Shown here: piece by piece, positions 24,501-39,650 of the stretch
How positions within the stretch are numbered: the first letter of the stretch is position 1
Layout: every line of letters begins with the position of its first letter
NCBI GenBank assembly: GCA_000934665.2
Contig: KZ538581.1
Location: 1-64,000, forward strand
Source: Catajapyx aquilonaris
Taxonomy: Eukaryota
DNA: 64,000 nucleotides
Reading direction: 5' to 3'
Translations under genes and position numbers: made by a program
The notes under the pieces: model-generated
The model's database searches: none
What the model saw: the letters and a program-made list of their open reading frames with translations, nothing else
Told to the model about the DNA's origin: nothing

Positions 24501-26659
24501 CTGTACTTTTTTTCGTGAATTCCATGAGAATGACCTATAATCGGGGATATTTCGTTGATGCAAACGTCGAAAATCTCCAAAGTTTTCCCAACACCCTGAC
24601 GTGCATGTCACCATAAAATTAGAAGTGTAGGGGTAAATCTCTACAGTGTATAATATGAGGTAGGCTAGTGTTTATGAGAATAGACGACCATAAATAAAAC
24701 TAAAAAAATTAAACAATGATAATGATGTATGGGCATGATACTACTGTCAAAAATATATATGTAAATTTTTTTACCGCACTTTTTTGTTTCAAAGGTGCCT
24801 GACAATAACAATAAGGGTTGATTGAATCCATCTAACAAAATAAAGGTGCTATACTGTACGTAACTTAAAATCTCAGTTTTGCTACTCATAATATTATCTT
24901 AAAGCTGGCAAGGATGGATTGCTTGTGGTGGAATATAGTCAGGAGTGGGAGGGTTCCTGCTGAGGATAATAAGGTCATCTGGGTGACTTGAAGGGCGATG
25001 CTGAAGGAGAAGACAGAGTGAAGATTCCATTTCTCTTATATGAACAACATAGTGCTGAGCTTTTGAGACGCCAGCGGTAGAGAGCTGAGATTTTGATGGT
25101 TTTACACGCTGTGAGTTTTCTTGAATAGGAAAGAAACTATAGGGAGACTTACATTTTTCAGTCCTACATAAATTAGACTGTTACACTACATGGCTTGACA
25201 ATTTTTCACTTACGCGTTAACTGTAAAAGTGTACAGTACCGAGTCAGATGGAGATATCAGTTTTGAAGCAATGTCGTAACGGCGTAAACAATTTTTAAAC
25301 TACCAAAAGCATTGTTACCATATGATTTATCTAACCTCACATTTCTCTTCGTCTTTTGCTGCTATTGCAGGTTTGTCCATCATGAAATAATTTACTGATG
25401 CGAAACATTACAAATGGCACACTGGCTCGCCTGGTTAACCGTGTTCACGTGCATGACGAAATTTAAGAGCTTGTTTCCTGCTTTATAAAAAAAATTCCCG
25501 CGCAACGCTAGATACCGCTATCGACATACTAGCAATTACGTATAATTACGCTCGCATATACGTGTGGAAACACTGCTCTCCGGCAAGCGCTGGACAACAT
25601 CGATGTTGCTGGCATTTGTGTGACGATTAGCATCAATCGTGATCCTGAAAAGCTCGTAACTCTTATTAAACTTACTGCAGATACGCACAGCAGCGCTTTT
25701 TATGCCAATTATACCAAATTTGATGAAACATGTCAGTTATGCCATTTTAAATTGTATAAGCCCATTAATTACAGAGTGCGAAAATGACTTGAGGGAACTC
25801 GCCTGGTGACCAACCCTGCTCCGTTAGCCACCAAACAAAAAAATCTGAAGGGTCACTTGAACCTTTCTGTATACATACTGTACAGTGTGCCCCCTGCAGT
25901 TATGCACAAGTCCAGCCGCTCTTAATATGCTCTGATTTATTCGCAACACGTTGATAGGCCCAGGCTTAAGCTGGAAGAGCCGGCTACAGCCAGTTGGTAT
26001 TAATTGCCGCTCGCTATTCGAAGGGCGCTTTCAGATTACAAGAGAGAAATGGCGCCTGCAATCTTGGGGGGCGCATGAGTAATGGCGCTGCAGATAAGGC
26101 GGGGCAGCTTGCTTCTAAACAAATTGTGCACATCCTAAGGTAGAGAGCTTGATTACCCTGGCCAGACCTGAAGTTTCACGTGTCCCAACAGGAGGCTCTT
26201 TACTAATCAGAAGATCCCCAACAAAGCCAAGATCAAGCCGTAATTAATTAGACGATGTGCTTTTATGAATCAAAAGAGATCCAACTAGTGGCAGAGGAAG
26301 GGAGGGTGCTAGGAGGGATGGCGTATACACCTCGGGTAGATATTATTCACCCTGGCAAAATTACGATTCGCCACACCTTCTCTCTCAGAAAGAGAAACAT
26401 TGTACCACTTGGGCTGCTATCGCGACGGATAGCGCAAAAAAAAAAGACACAGTGAATAAGCACGGAAGCAGAGGCGAATTTACGAGTGTCAACTCCGGAG
26501 GCCTCGGAAACAGGGATCTCGCTTTGAGAATTCAGGAGAACAAGGGGGTAAATTAATAAGCGAACTCGACTGATTAAATCCATCAGATTGGTGAACAATG
26601 CAAATTCCATTTGCGGCTAATTGCAGCGTTAGATAGACCTCCAGCGTTTTCCTGCAATC

Positions 26660-26703
26660 TGGGATGGGATGGGATGGGATGGGATGGGATGGGATGGGAT
26701 GGG
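26660..26703. repeat. (GGGAT)n microsatellite followed by a poly-G run
   Basis: Read directly; it explains the PIPSH/GMGWD ORFs. Confidence 0.9.
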
Positions 26704-28530
26704 GGGGGGGGGGCATGCTTTAGTGGAGCAGTTTGGGTTTTTCTGCAGGAGACCAATAGTTTGTCAATGACAAAGTTGTTTAAAGCGTGGTGTGGAAGGC
26801 AACTGAAAAAATGGCCCCGCGCTTTGGGATCCCCAAACATCCGAGGCCGGGATTAGGCGAACTTTTTCTCCCTCTCCTTGGAATCCAAGCTCGCAAGCCG
26901 AGTCATGACGATTCATCTTGGCGGATTACCATTTTCATGAAGGTCCCTGCTCCGGCTTTCCACAAAGTCTCAAATCACGCTAAAGAGCTCAATTTTCCCC
27001 TCCCTGACTTGAACACTGCCGCACCGGCCCGGGACACAGACAAAACGATTGATGCTCACTTGAGGTGAATCTTCACCCGGGAAAATGTCGGCTAACTCAT
27101 CCTTCACGTCCGGTTCCATACGTCCGGAGAAGCGGACAATGGAAACGAAACTTTGTGAATGACCCTTCTAAAAAATAAAAAAAATAAACGAGTGCGAATT
27201 TCACCCATGATTGGTACGCTCGTAAAAAAACGAGCACAAAAACAATAATTTTGGGCAGTGGTTCAGCTCCCTAGGAAGTTTGGTCATGAATCTTTAATGT
27301 CTATGTAACGTCGAGTAGATCCTGATGCCAATATTGGGAACGTCTGTCGCCCTATCTTTTTCCTCACTGTAAATACAACACACAGGGTATCCGTTTTTTT
27401 ATCGTGAAAAACGCGGGTTTTATTACACACAATGGATCAGGGTTGGCAGCGGTTAGAAGCGAAAACGAGCCTAAAACCACGATTTACACTCTTCGTTTCC
27501 TAGGTGCAAACTTTATGACGTGGCTATTATCGGAGATCGATATTTTATCAGTTTTATAGACGTCGTTACTCCCCGGGCTTCATCATTGGCGAGAAGAAAT
27601 CCCGGCGGCGCATAAGCTAAGAGGCGGAAACTAAGCCCATATTTATAGAAGCGACAACGAGCGTTTTAGAGACACTTAACCCCTCTTTTAGGAGGCGCAA
27701 AATCCTTGGACGGCTCTCGTTGTAAACCCCCCATGCCCGCCCCCTACTCGGAAATGCTTGCCGCTAATGGAAGCCGCCTGGGCCGCCTTTATCGCCATAA
27801 TTGAAACACCATCGTCGACAATTTCCCGGTATCTATTCCCGGCCTCTTCTTTACATGTCAAGTGTCACACTTTGTCCTGTCGACGAAAAGAGGCTTCTCA
27901 CTTGGTCGTTCCAGACATGCCTTTTAAGTCACCATACAAAGTCACTCTCGTTGAAGGTGGATATAAGGGAAGGGTGATTTAGATGCTTATGGCTCACACG
28001 TGCCACGATTGCTCATCTAAACGTATTGAGTTCGATACAGCTTATTAGGGCACGTTCCCATCCACGGTAGTCAAAGTCGTTGCTTTGTTGAGCAGAAAGC
28101 ATGCATTTTGTTTGGTGAGTCACTAGGCATGTCAGTAATACTATAGCTGTATTAAAGTATATACTCACTAGTTTTGTTCGAAGACTGGCCTCTCGTGTTG
28201 GGCTTCTGAAGTGCTTTTACTCAAGCCAGAGTTCTTTTTCCAGCCCTCCATTTGGCGATATCAGTCACGCAAAACCACCTTGCCAGTTAAGAAAGTTTTT
28301 TTTTGCACCTCATTCCCTGCTAAGCGTTAAATGCTGTTTTCGTTTAGTTAGAGATTTTGTTACAAATTCAATCAGACTTGGAGTATTCACGACACAACCT
28401 TCGAAAAGTGCTATTTGAATACTAGTCTAGTATGGAGATCAACCATCCAAGGAGAGAAATGCATGAGTATTAAGACAATTTTAACACGAGCAATTAGGAG
28501 CTTGTAGAAATTCTCACGCCTCATTTGGAT

Positions 28531-28837
28531 GGTGTTATGCAATAATGGGTCAACCCACAAAAATGTCAAAATTGAGCTAAGCCCAGGAACATATGCCTAA
28601 AGGACCCTACTTAATTCCGTTAAAATCACGCTGGTGAAATCTGCATACTTCTGCCACAAATGACAGAAAAGTTAACTCACAAATGGTGTGCATGGACGGT
28701 CTTATGCAATAATTTGTCGACCCACAAAAGCCATAACTGACCGAAAAGAACACTGAATCAATTTCACAGGTATTACCTTCAAAGCCCTTTTTCTCAAAAC
28801 TGTTCTCATGTGGGTTGACTCATTATTGCATAACACC
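28531..28837. mobile_element. MITE with TIR GGTGTTATGCAATAATGGGTCAACCCACA
   Basis: Inverted copy TGTGGGTTGACTCATTATTGCATAACACC at 28809-28837. A degenerate internal direct copy lies near 28697, and the same left end recurs near 62580. Confidence 0.8.
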
Positions 28838-31453
28838 CGCAGGAGACAGGGTTTGAACTTCTAGGAAGACTTTCTATTGCGACACGTCAGGCAAATATCA
28901 CGTACAGTAGGCCTACAATACAAAAAAATATGATAATAAATACAGATTCACTTATGTCAAACATTTAAAATGCATTTTATCTGTTTTGTTTCAATGCACC
29001 AGACAGTAGATGATGAATTGTCAGACAAGTGCTGTAGACATTATGCAAAATGATCAAAAATGACGTCCACTTTCTAGCAAAAAGCACAGTTTGTGGCATT
29101 TGCTACAATGGAGCATGGTGGTCCTCATGGCCTACAATACGCTGAATATCGCAATAATTGCCGCGTTTGCTCTCGCCCCTTTCTCTTCCCATGCCCACAC
29201 GACGGGCAGCCCTAAAAGATATTAACGACCGTCATTGAGATGATGCAGGCATATTCACGGCCACTAGCGGGTTACAACATTGCTGATGGTAGCATATGGC
29301 TAGCCCATCGCTAGCAGCATGCCCACTTCCTAGATAACCTCATTAACAGCAGTCACTGAGGTTTGGACTGCTATTTTTACAGTAATCACACTGTTCGCAT
29401 ATTTTCAGACATTTAGACTAGGATTGGTACAGTATGTCAGCCCCCATCCACTTTCAGGACACTACAAAACCGCTGTAATGAATATCACGTATCTATTCAC
29501 GCTGCCAATAACTGGCTGACGTTCGAGTGAAGCATTTAGCCCATATGAATTATCACACTACAGGCGTGTTTTAACTGATTAAAAGCAGGCAAAGTGACTG
29601 CGCACTTTTTTTGTTCTCCACATGCATAATTGTTACTACCATATGACTCATCACTGTCAGTTCACTTACTGTATCAGGACACAAGTCACACATGTTCTCC
29701 TCCCTCCCTGTTCCGAACATATTAATTGCCGAGGCTGGCCCAATTTGCTGTACCGAAGGGATTAGGATTATGATGCTAATGCGGATTGGGCTCCGCCGTG
29801 TTGTATTCAATCAGCCATATGTTCAGTGAGGGGAGGTAATTGGGGCCCCTTGTCCATATTTTTTTCCTTTTTTTTGTAGTATTTCTCCCCCATCCTGTAC
29901 CCCGTTCTTTCTCTGGCGCTCTTTTAAGTACGGGAACAGAGGCCCAATGGGTCCTGTTTCCGGACTGGCAAGCCCAAACTGCCGAAACCACTTCATCACT
30001 GAAGTCAGTCGCTTGCATGTCAGTGCCTAAAAGCCCGCGTTTCCTGTCGTTTCCATCTGACTTGTGCAGCAGAAGAGTCGTCAAGTCCAATCTTTCCTCT
30101 GCAATTACCTAGTTCGCTCATGCAATTTTGGGGCGGACAGCAATGCACTCGGAGAGTCAAGGTGGCGGAGTCGGGCTGGAAAGTGGAGTTTATGTTGGGT
30201 TCTAGCCAAAATTACATTATGAGACGCGACTGAATGCCAGCTTTTTGCTCTCAAAAGATGTAGCTCGTTGTTATTCAGTTTGGCAAACTTAATCTGCAGA
30301 ACGTGACACTCAAGTTGGCATTTATTTTATCCGACAGCTTGTTGCTTCAGATGGGCCAACTGGTAAGCCTACGTGGTTGAAAACATGGAATTATTGAATA
30401 GGTCTGAATTTTAGTTGTAGAAACCAATGTGCGATGATGGCTTCAAATATTATTTTGGTAGGTCAGTTGACGTGTTGAGGCCTGTGGTCGTCCATTACTT
30501 GACATCTTTGTCTCCTATGTCACCCAGAGTCATGCTGGATCAGATTCCCCGGTATGTCACGCTGCTGTATACATGGTATATCTTCCCATGTTGGCGGTCC
30601 TAACGAAGAGTTGTGGGAGAGTTTATGAATTAGTAACCCCAGGCAGTGTAAAGAAAGTCAGCCGCCATCTTTCAGTGCAGCTGCCCCCTACCTTATGCTG
30701 AGTCTGGACTGAAGTTCAAATGTGAACCAGGGGCTACTAATTCGTCCATTCTTCCCCGTCTCTTGGACTTGGGCAGAAAAATACTTATAATCCTCAAGTC
30801 TCATCCCCAACTTTTTCCAGCATGCTGTACTTTATGGACGAGCCCAATAATAACAACGAGTTTTATGTACCCGGTCCACATCCCTATCCACCTTCATAAC
30901 ATTGACCAAGTATAAAATTGTGGCCTAAATGGACCAGCAGTGGGGTTTGGGACAGCAGATTCCAATCGATCATTCGCTAAATCTGGTTGACAGCTTTCGG
31001 TAGCCCTTCTTTAACGGGCAGCTTGCGGTTGATGGATGGTTCATGCGGTTCTAAATCCATTTCTTTGCAAAACCAATCCCCGTCAATCTTGTTTTTCGTG
31101 TGGTTTAAGAAGATTTTGTGTCACTCACTAGGTTCCAACTGCTCTACTTACACGGTATACGTCTGCTGGCCATTCAGTGTGATGGGACTCATTTTTTCCC
31201 AACGAGCTAGTAGCATGCTAGTTATAGATCTGGAAATGTGTGGTCGAGGATGACTTCATCAGAGCCTGGAAACATTAGTCTTTTTTGCCTGAATTGGCCT
31301 CATACACCAACGTCAGTTCAGCGAGTCCTTTGAGAATCGTATTCATCTGCAGATGGTCCCTAATATAATGGGCGGGCTCTCCAAATCAAAGGAAGTGGCC
31401 AGCACTAGAGCGGACATATTATTTGAAAAAGAGTCACGTAAATGTACGCAATC

Positions 31454-31457
<4 letters not shown>

Positions 31458-31510
<53 letters not shown>
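31458..31510. repeat. (GA)n microsatellite
   Basis: Read directly. Confidence 0.95.
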
Positions 31511-31514
<4 letters not shown>

Positions 31515-34500
31515 AAAAATGCTGGGCTGGCCGTCGAAAATGGTCATTAAGTGAGCAGATTAACTTAATGATTACATCTTCCCATTACACCGATCTAATC
31601 CTGTTTGTTGGGCTTCCTCATCAACTGGAAAACGAGGGCGTTGATTACTCATAAAATCCATGGCCTTCGTTGCGTATATACCGAATTACGTGCGCTCCAA
31701 CGGGACTGCATATCTCAAAACCGATTTAATTAGCAGTTTTAAGAGATGCGATAAGTCCCACGTATAGGATTGCACCCGATTAATTATCCCGGCGCCATCC
31801 AGATGGTATACCCTCCGACAAAACCCATGTAATGCTCACAACACATAGACTGCATTTGTCATAATTTGCATGATGGATGCATTGCGCAAAAAAAAGAACT
31901 CTTCCAATTTTTGCTGCGGACTCGCTACTGGGAAATAGCCCGCCATGCTAATCAGGGCAGTTGGACATACATCCAGGCCTACACGGGAAGGTAATTATTA
32001 TACCACCCTCTTGTTTTTGCGGCCCAAATTGCTCTAAACGAGATATTCTTGTTCCCTACTACTGTCATAATGGAAAGCCTGAAAAATACGTGGGCGAGTC
32101 GAACTTTGCACCCTATTTGTTGCTTCACATATTATTCACCTAACAGCAGCCACATAACATCCGAGACAATGCAGCGCCTGATGACGTCATTTTCAGCCAA
32201 ACCGCGCCACGATAACGTCGCCCAATTTCCCCGCCTAAACTGACATTGTTCGCGGTACAAAATGAAAGGGAGGGCCGGAATGAATGCTGTGCAAAGTCTG
32301 CCGAATCGGCCACTCATAGGCAAATTTTTCTCCTATTCCGGGTCGGGCCTCCCCGGCAAAACCGTTTTGTATTACCGGGCCGCACCATTCAGCTATACAA
32401 GAGAGCCGTCGTCAGCAGTCAATGAAATCCCACAATTAGTCGGCGGGAGTGTCGGCGGAAAACCCTCATCGATTCTGCCCCATCGGCTTGTAATCGAGCT
32501 GGATCCTGCCGCCACTTTGCTACTCGGGCTATTTACCTATATATCCATTCCATGGCTACATCCCAAATCCTCACTTTTCCACCACCTCCTCCTATACCCT
32601 ACTATTCCTCGCTCTAGGAGGATATACCAGACCTTTACACTGATGTGAGTCCATTCCTACCACTTTCCTCCTTTATTACGCGCCGTACTACATTTCCATG
32701 AACCACGTAGGCCAAGTCCTGGCGACTTTGCCAGATTTAGGACTGGACTTGGCTGCTTCCAACGACCTTGCCGCTCCCGAGCACTCAACATCATCTCACT
32801 GCTTGCACACCCACCATCCATTTTGCACGGTGACGAATCACGCATCTGCAGAAAATTTGCTAATGTGCATGAAAATAGGAACTTTCGCTTTGCTGAACCT
32901 GCTTGACCATGCGAAAAATATGAACACAGATGTGAAAAACAGTAGGCACACTGAGGAACAGCTCTAAAACCTGTAGCTTCTTGATCAGTGTTACTTGGTA
33001 GCATATAAAGGATTTGTTTATGATTCAGTATTATTATAAAAATAACAACATTTTTTTTAAACTTACGAAGATTTCTTCTTCTGCTCATGATATTTACAAT
33101 TAACTTTCCTGTGTTTATACGCCTTCACTTTAGTATCGGACTTACCCCTGGATACCCTATATTCCCTCACATTTCAGATCGAACCAATCAGCAGGTCCGG
33201 AAATATCACCAGATGGCAGCTTGTCAGAACAGTTGGCAGCTCCTGTCGTCAAGATCTAGCATTCTCCCCTTCCTAGTACAAGCCTTCGAAATTAGCCGCC
33301 AGTTCATCCTTCCCCCAAAGTGTGTTAACACCCTTTTGTGTAGCGTCATTAGAGTACAGTCATGTTGGAAAATCCGGACCAAATCAGTCCGATTCTCTCC
33401 CCTCAAAAGGGTCCGGAGGTTTCTCTCAGAGAACACTTTCCGGACGGGAAGAGGCGGCCATTAGCGGCCACCACACTTTCGGGGGCCTCGAAAGGAAGAG
33501 ACGCCGACGAGTTAGAGAGAAAAAACAGCTTTGCCAGGGGGTTGAAATCCGGGTGCACCCCAATGACTTCATGCACTCGTGTTGCCCTCCAGATGGACTG
33601 CGACATGGTTTTGGCCGTGTCCAGAAAGTGTCGGATGTCGTTACCCGCTCCTGCTGTCACAGGTCAGATTGACTACTAGCGGAGTCAGTGTACCTTACAA
33701 ATAATTCATCGTCGACTGACGCCAACGCGCTACAGATTTTTGCTAATTTCCGACTGAATCGTCGAAAAAGAACAGGCGGCCTGATGCATGTCAAAATTTT
33801 CCTCTTGATGTTTTTTTAAGTAAAAACTGTTGTTTAATTATGGTTGTTCCTTTAGGGTTTTGGAACAAAGTAACAAAATTAAAGGATATGGATTTTCTGC
33901 CCTCTTTGGAATGTTCCATCTGCTATTCATCTGCCTGCCACCTGTTGACGGATAAACAGCTTGCCTCGGGATAAAGGGACAGAGATTTTTTCCCAGCCTC
34001 TGCTACAGCCCTAAAGCTCTATTTACTTGGCACTTACCAGTTAACTAACAGAGGAGCATATGATACTTTAACGTCATAAACTTGCTGGCAGCCAATAAAA
34101 AAACTACAGTAGCAGTTTCGGTGCGTTCATCCGTAACACTAGAACAATCTCTTTTTAAGTCAAAAAATATCATTTAACAACCCTATAAGCCTGTTGACAG
34201 CTATGAGAAATAAGAATAATCCTCAGCATCAACTTTGGTGTAGGGTGAGCCCGATTTCCCTGTAATTGCATTTGCATATGGTAATCTAATGGGATTTAAA
34301 ATTATCAGAATGGTCTCTTGGAGCATCTGGTTGGTCCTGGGCAAGGTTTTCCATCAGCCTAAAGTAATATTCAAAATTGAGTTGGGGTGAGAAATGAGGC
34401 AAATAATCCTAATTGAATTGAATATTACCATTATTACGGATCGTTATGGGAAGGGAGGCTGGGATTTTCCCTACTATATACGCACTGAAGGCGTGAGGAA

Positions 34501-37500
34501 GGAAATTAACCGGATGGTGTTTCGCATTTCTTTTCGCTTGGATGTCCACTTGGGGTACTTGAAGCTAACAAAGTGGGCGAACAAGATGACAGTTTAGCCA
34601 GTTACAGTACAAATGCATTTTAACCTTTTACAAGCTTCGCCAGTTTTTGCCCCGAAAACAGGTGGCCCAATCTTCTCTCTTGTTACAAAACTTTCCATAA
34701 CTATATGAGAGAAAATTAAAATTCCGAGTCGGTAGGTTTTTTCCTCCTTCCTTCTAGCCTCTTTAAGAATTCTTTGACGTCGTTCACCCTGCTCTCAAAA
34801 TAGAGCTTATTTGCTTACTAAATTAAATTTCAGATTCGGCTTTCGCTGAAGGCACCCCAGAGGTAGCTACTCACGATAATTGAAAGGGTTTCGAGGACGA
34901 AAACATTAATAAAGTGAACTCGCTGTCCTATTTCAATAAGCGTGTTGATCACTTAGCGACCCCCCTGTAACAAAGGACTAGAATAAGCTTGCTAAATGAA
35001 CCCTTCTCAAATAGGTCCAATTAATCTAATAAATCACGCCAAGCAGGGCAATCCACACAACAAACTCCTTGCCCCTCGCCTGTCAGGCATGAGAAGAACC
35101 CTAATGGTCTAAAAGAGTCTCAATTGATATGCAACTCACAACAAGCTTCCACAAGATCCAACAATGATAATAACATGCAAACTCGAATCAGCCACATGAA
35201 TCGGCTATATGAATCACAAGTGGTGATTCACGGCTATCAACCCTTTATTGAAGCACATGCTGATTGGGGGAGGGGTTTGTCCGAGGGGACACAGGAAGTG
35301 TGACACATTTCAAATGTTTCATTTCCAATGTTCAACCGACATGATACTGCACATAACAAGTACGTATAGTACGTTGAGTCAAAACAGCATCCAAAATGCA
35401 CTGCTGGTTTTCGACCCCTCCAGCAACGAAGTAACTGTTTCATAAGAGTAAATCTTGGTCAATGCAAAGGACCAGGAGAAAACAAGCTTTCTATTTTTCT
35501 AGCCGTGTCACGCACGCCCCTCGGCCCCTTACAGAGTCATGGAGCCCACCTCGCCCATAAATAAATCATTCCCCGGACCCCACCAAGAGCTCCCGCGTTA
35601 CAGCTAATCATCATAATGAAAACGGGTGGATTTTGCACATGGAACTGGCCGTTGCCCTGGGCTCTGCTTATACTATCTCCAAGTCTCATAGGAAAATAAC
35701 GCTGCACTAGAGCCATACCGCAGATGGTAGAATAACATGGAGGGTTCTGTAGAGGTATACCTGTAGCTCATAACCAGCTCTGTAATAGTGCACTTCTAAA
35801 TTTATTTACAAGAGCCTAAGGGGTGTGAGCTGTTTTAAAACGGCGGGGATATTAAAACACCCTTTTTAATGCTACATGTTGCGTAGTAAATCACACTATT
35901 GTATTACAATGCACAAAAAATGAGATTCATCTCATAATGTGCAATTATATCCGCACAATGGAAGTTAACTGCACATCTCACTTTGGTCACTTTTTTTCCA
36001 CCGGTTGCATCAGCTCCCACTGCGAAGTTAGCCCTCCCGGTCAGAGATGGGGACGCCTTTATATTAATGAAAACGAGGTTTTTAATCTAAATTAATGCTT
36101 ATGATGTTATCCCTGGGCGACATTGCTTTTAATTGTTAGCGCGGGTGAAAAAAAACAGAGTTGCAGCTAGTGTGCATTAAAAAATTGGTGCGCCTCGGGT
36201 TAGTTTGTTAATGTAGGCAGGATCCGCTTTTAGAGCCACACTACCCCGCCTCTCCCCACCAACCTCCCCTTTCCCACCCGCCCCCGCCAACCTAAAACCC
36301 ATCCGGTGGCACGTGCGATGGGGCGCAGAAATTACAAAAAGGTACAAAAGCAAGTTTGGCTAAGTTGGAGTTCATGTAGTGTGAAATTGGCAGGGATCGG
36401 ATGGAACCAAGCCCGCTGCTGGATGCATTATTGGGGTGGTTTGTCTTACTCTGGGCGCTGCCCCGGGGATCCAAAGCCCAATGGATATCAAACAGCCCTA
36501 AAAACACAGGCTTAGGGCCAACTGGTCTCACGGGTTCTCTCTCGTCCCTTCAGATCCTCACCCACATCCCAGGGTGTTCCTTATATATAGGTAAGTCACT
36601 GATGAGGCCTTTTGTACCACAACAATGCACATTACTATGAATAAACATGGCACTCTGCAATATTACAACACAATGGTCACCATATCACATGTATGGATCA
36701 CAACCTACCTGCTGCACGTTAACTCATATGCAAAATTAATTTATAATCTATACGTGAAGAATATACTAAAGAATTGAAAAACAATTGTTGCTCGTGACTC
36801 ATGCGTATTATCATTAATCCTGCATAATTATGCGCCTCTAGAAAGCCTTAATGTTGGAGAGAGCAAAATATTAAGTGAGGCATGAAATTGAATTTCAGTG
36901 ATGAAAAATGCTCACTATCAAGTATAATAAATGACTTTCGTCATCAGAAATTGTGATAGTGTTTTTTTTAAACTTCCACTAATGATAATGCCACACTCTT
37001 CTTGCTTCGGCAGGTTTGACAAGTAGTGGTCGTTGGAGAACGGATAAGATCGAGCAATTTGCGGCGTCTGATATTGTCGCTTTTAATGGTTACTAATGGT
37101 ATTTGGCAGCATTTACGAGCGTTGCGATAGTGTTTGAGGAACCTTGTTAGCATATAATTTTAGAGGCTAATTTATGACACTTTCAGAGCAATAGTTTTAT
37201 ATCGTACTCTATGCAGATAATTCGCAAAAAGTAATATCCTGTCATAATATCAGTTAAAGTGGTACTTACAAAAAATGTCCAGGGAGAAAAACAAAGACAA
37301 AGCCAGATGTAGTAGTTATTGCTGGTGTCCTACAAACATGTAACTCTCTTCGACCTGAATCCAATTACCAGCAGCATAAAAATGATCATAAGCGTCACAT
37401 AATAATTATGGTATAATAATGGCTATAATTTCACGAGAATAATTACATGGCGGTGTGTACTTTCTAGGGAAAAATTTGAATAATTAAAAATGCATTGGTT

Positions 37501-39650
37501 ATTGGCGTTTAAACGATGTACTATTCACGTCTCACCCGCTGCCAAGAATAAAAAAAATTACTATACAGTACCCCGTGAATTATGCAGGCTGCAGGGTAAC
37601 CTATAAGTTTTTGAAAGTAAGATTTCGACAAAGTAGTGAATGCAATACATTCCCTCTTAAGCCATTCAGTCATTCTAGTCAATCAAATAGTATTAAAAAG
37701 ACATAGGCAGGAAAGGGACATCCTAGTTCCAGCTGCTAGTTTCTTTCCTGTGCTGCATGTCTTGATGTAACCTCCACGTGCATTCCCCATTATAGGAATT
37801 ATTGAGCTGAATACACTTAAAACTGACCAAGCCACAATAATACCTTCACGATTGGACATCATTGCCAAATAGTCGATCAGTAAAGTATATGGCTCTGGCG
37901 TGGTATTTTTTATTCTTCTAGAAAAGTAGCAGCAAACTAGTTCATCTGCAATGGCATGCGGACGGTATCATAGTTCCAAAAATCGCGTACAATTCCTGGG
38001 GTATCTGACAAAAGGAAGAATATATTCGACATTCACGTATTTTCATGAGAACCAAAAGATCAGAGTAATAAACATTCCTGAGCTGCATATGGAGCTTTGA
38101 ATTCCCTCCATATCTCTGACGTCACAGCACTGAGGAGTTAAACCATTTGTCAGAATGCGTATACCTACAGTATACACTATGCGGTGATGGAAGAGGTAGT
38201 AATGCAATATGAGTACAAATGTGGAATTCGCCCTCCAGCCAGAAATCCGGTGAATTGAGGAACAACATGCATGCTGCGCAGAAAATACGTCGAATAACAT
38301 CATACGTGTAGACCCCCCTATCCCCCGATCTCTGTATAGCATTACGCAAAGCTGCTATCCGTCTATAATCGGGCCTCATTTTCCCAATCGCTGGCCAATA
38401 ACGGCAGCATGTGTTACCAATGATGGATCCGTCATATTGCACTTTATGAAAAATTAACGATATCAGTCTAGGTTGGCAGAATAATGAGAGGCTATCATCT
38501 CCCTACTATTAACAAACCCTCAATGCAACCAATTATATTTAAACGCTTTTCATCCGAGTCGGAAATCGCTTATAGTGCTATTCACAATTCAAAAACGGGG
38601 TGTAATTATCAGCACGTTCCTAATTGTAGCAATTCATTCGAAATTTAATACCGTAATGGTGCCAACACAAAAGGCGCGTTGTTTTCCATCCTCCACCGAT
38701 TCAGCTGTGAAACAAGTGGCACCCTTGAATGAAACAGCGCAGTTAGTCTGTTCAAGTATGTCCTGTGATATCCGAACTGTACAGCACTGTACATGCAAAT
38801 GCGTGCATATCATCAACTACCACCTGTACAAGTATCCATAAGTGCCAGCCAGGGAGGTGGGGAGGGGGAGGGGGTGCTGAACAGCTGAAACACTATTGGC
38901 TTTCCGCTCTGATATTGTACTCTGCATTATTTTGAACTGCACCTTGCCCACACAAAAGACAACTACTGAAGAGTTAATGGCGTTTCTGTTGAGTACTCGT
39001 TTTCCCACAGCCAGAAACACCATTCATATTTGAAAGGGAACAAAGAGCAGAGTGGTTGCGCAGAAAACCCAGACAAATCCCGCATATAAAATTCATAATT
39101 TCATCAAAGACAGCAGGTGGGCCCCTCTCTCTTCTCAGTCCAAATTAACGCAGCCTGCTACCGTGTGTCTTTTCTCAGCCCCGGATCGCCTCGTGCATAT
39201 TTTACGCCTTTATTGCTGAAAACCACGCATTGGGTCTCGGGTGAGTCATCGATTTTTATTTCCAAGCCTCGTTTTTTATTTCTTTTTTTTTGTTCCTGCC
39301 GTGTCATGGCGGCCTTCCCTTGATGGAACATCCGGGAACCCAACCCGACTTCCCACTGCCCGATCTGACTCACACAGCACGTGCCAAAGTGGGGCGAGAA
39401 AAATGCACAACCAGCGTCCTCTTATCTATTGTCTGTCTTTCGTTTGTGTCCACTATGCTCGAGCTTAAGCAGTTGGTGGGCCGTCTCTTAAGTGCAGGTT
39501 CTTTTGACTTACAATGAGCCTGCACGCGGAGAACCTCAGCCTGAGAACTAAAGGTGGTGTCCTGCAAGTCGATAAAATGGATCATCCAGGTCGCACACCT
39601 GCAATGAGACAATTTATGCATACACAATTAATTATGATTCAGGCTATATA

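Noticed and set aside
32657..33680. Overlapping 70-143 aa ORFs
   Set aside because: There is no recognisable domain or consistent splice-site pair, which is compatible with chance ORFs.
36598..36620. Hammerhead-like CTGATGAGGCC
   Set aside because: There is no downstream GGCCGAAA or stem III.
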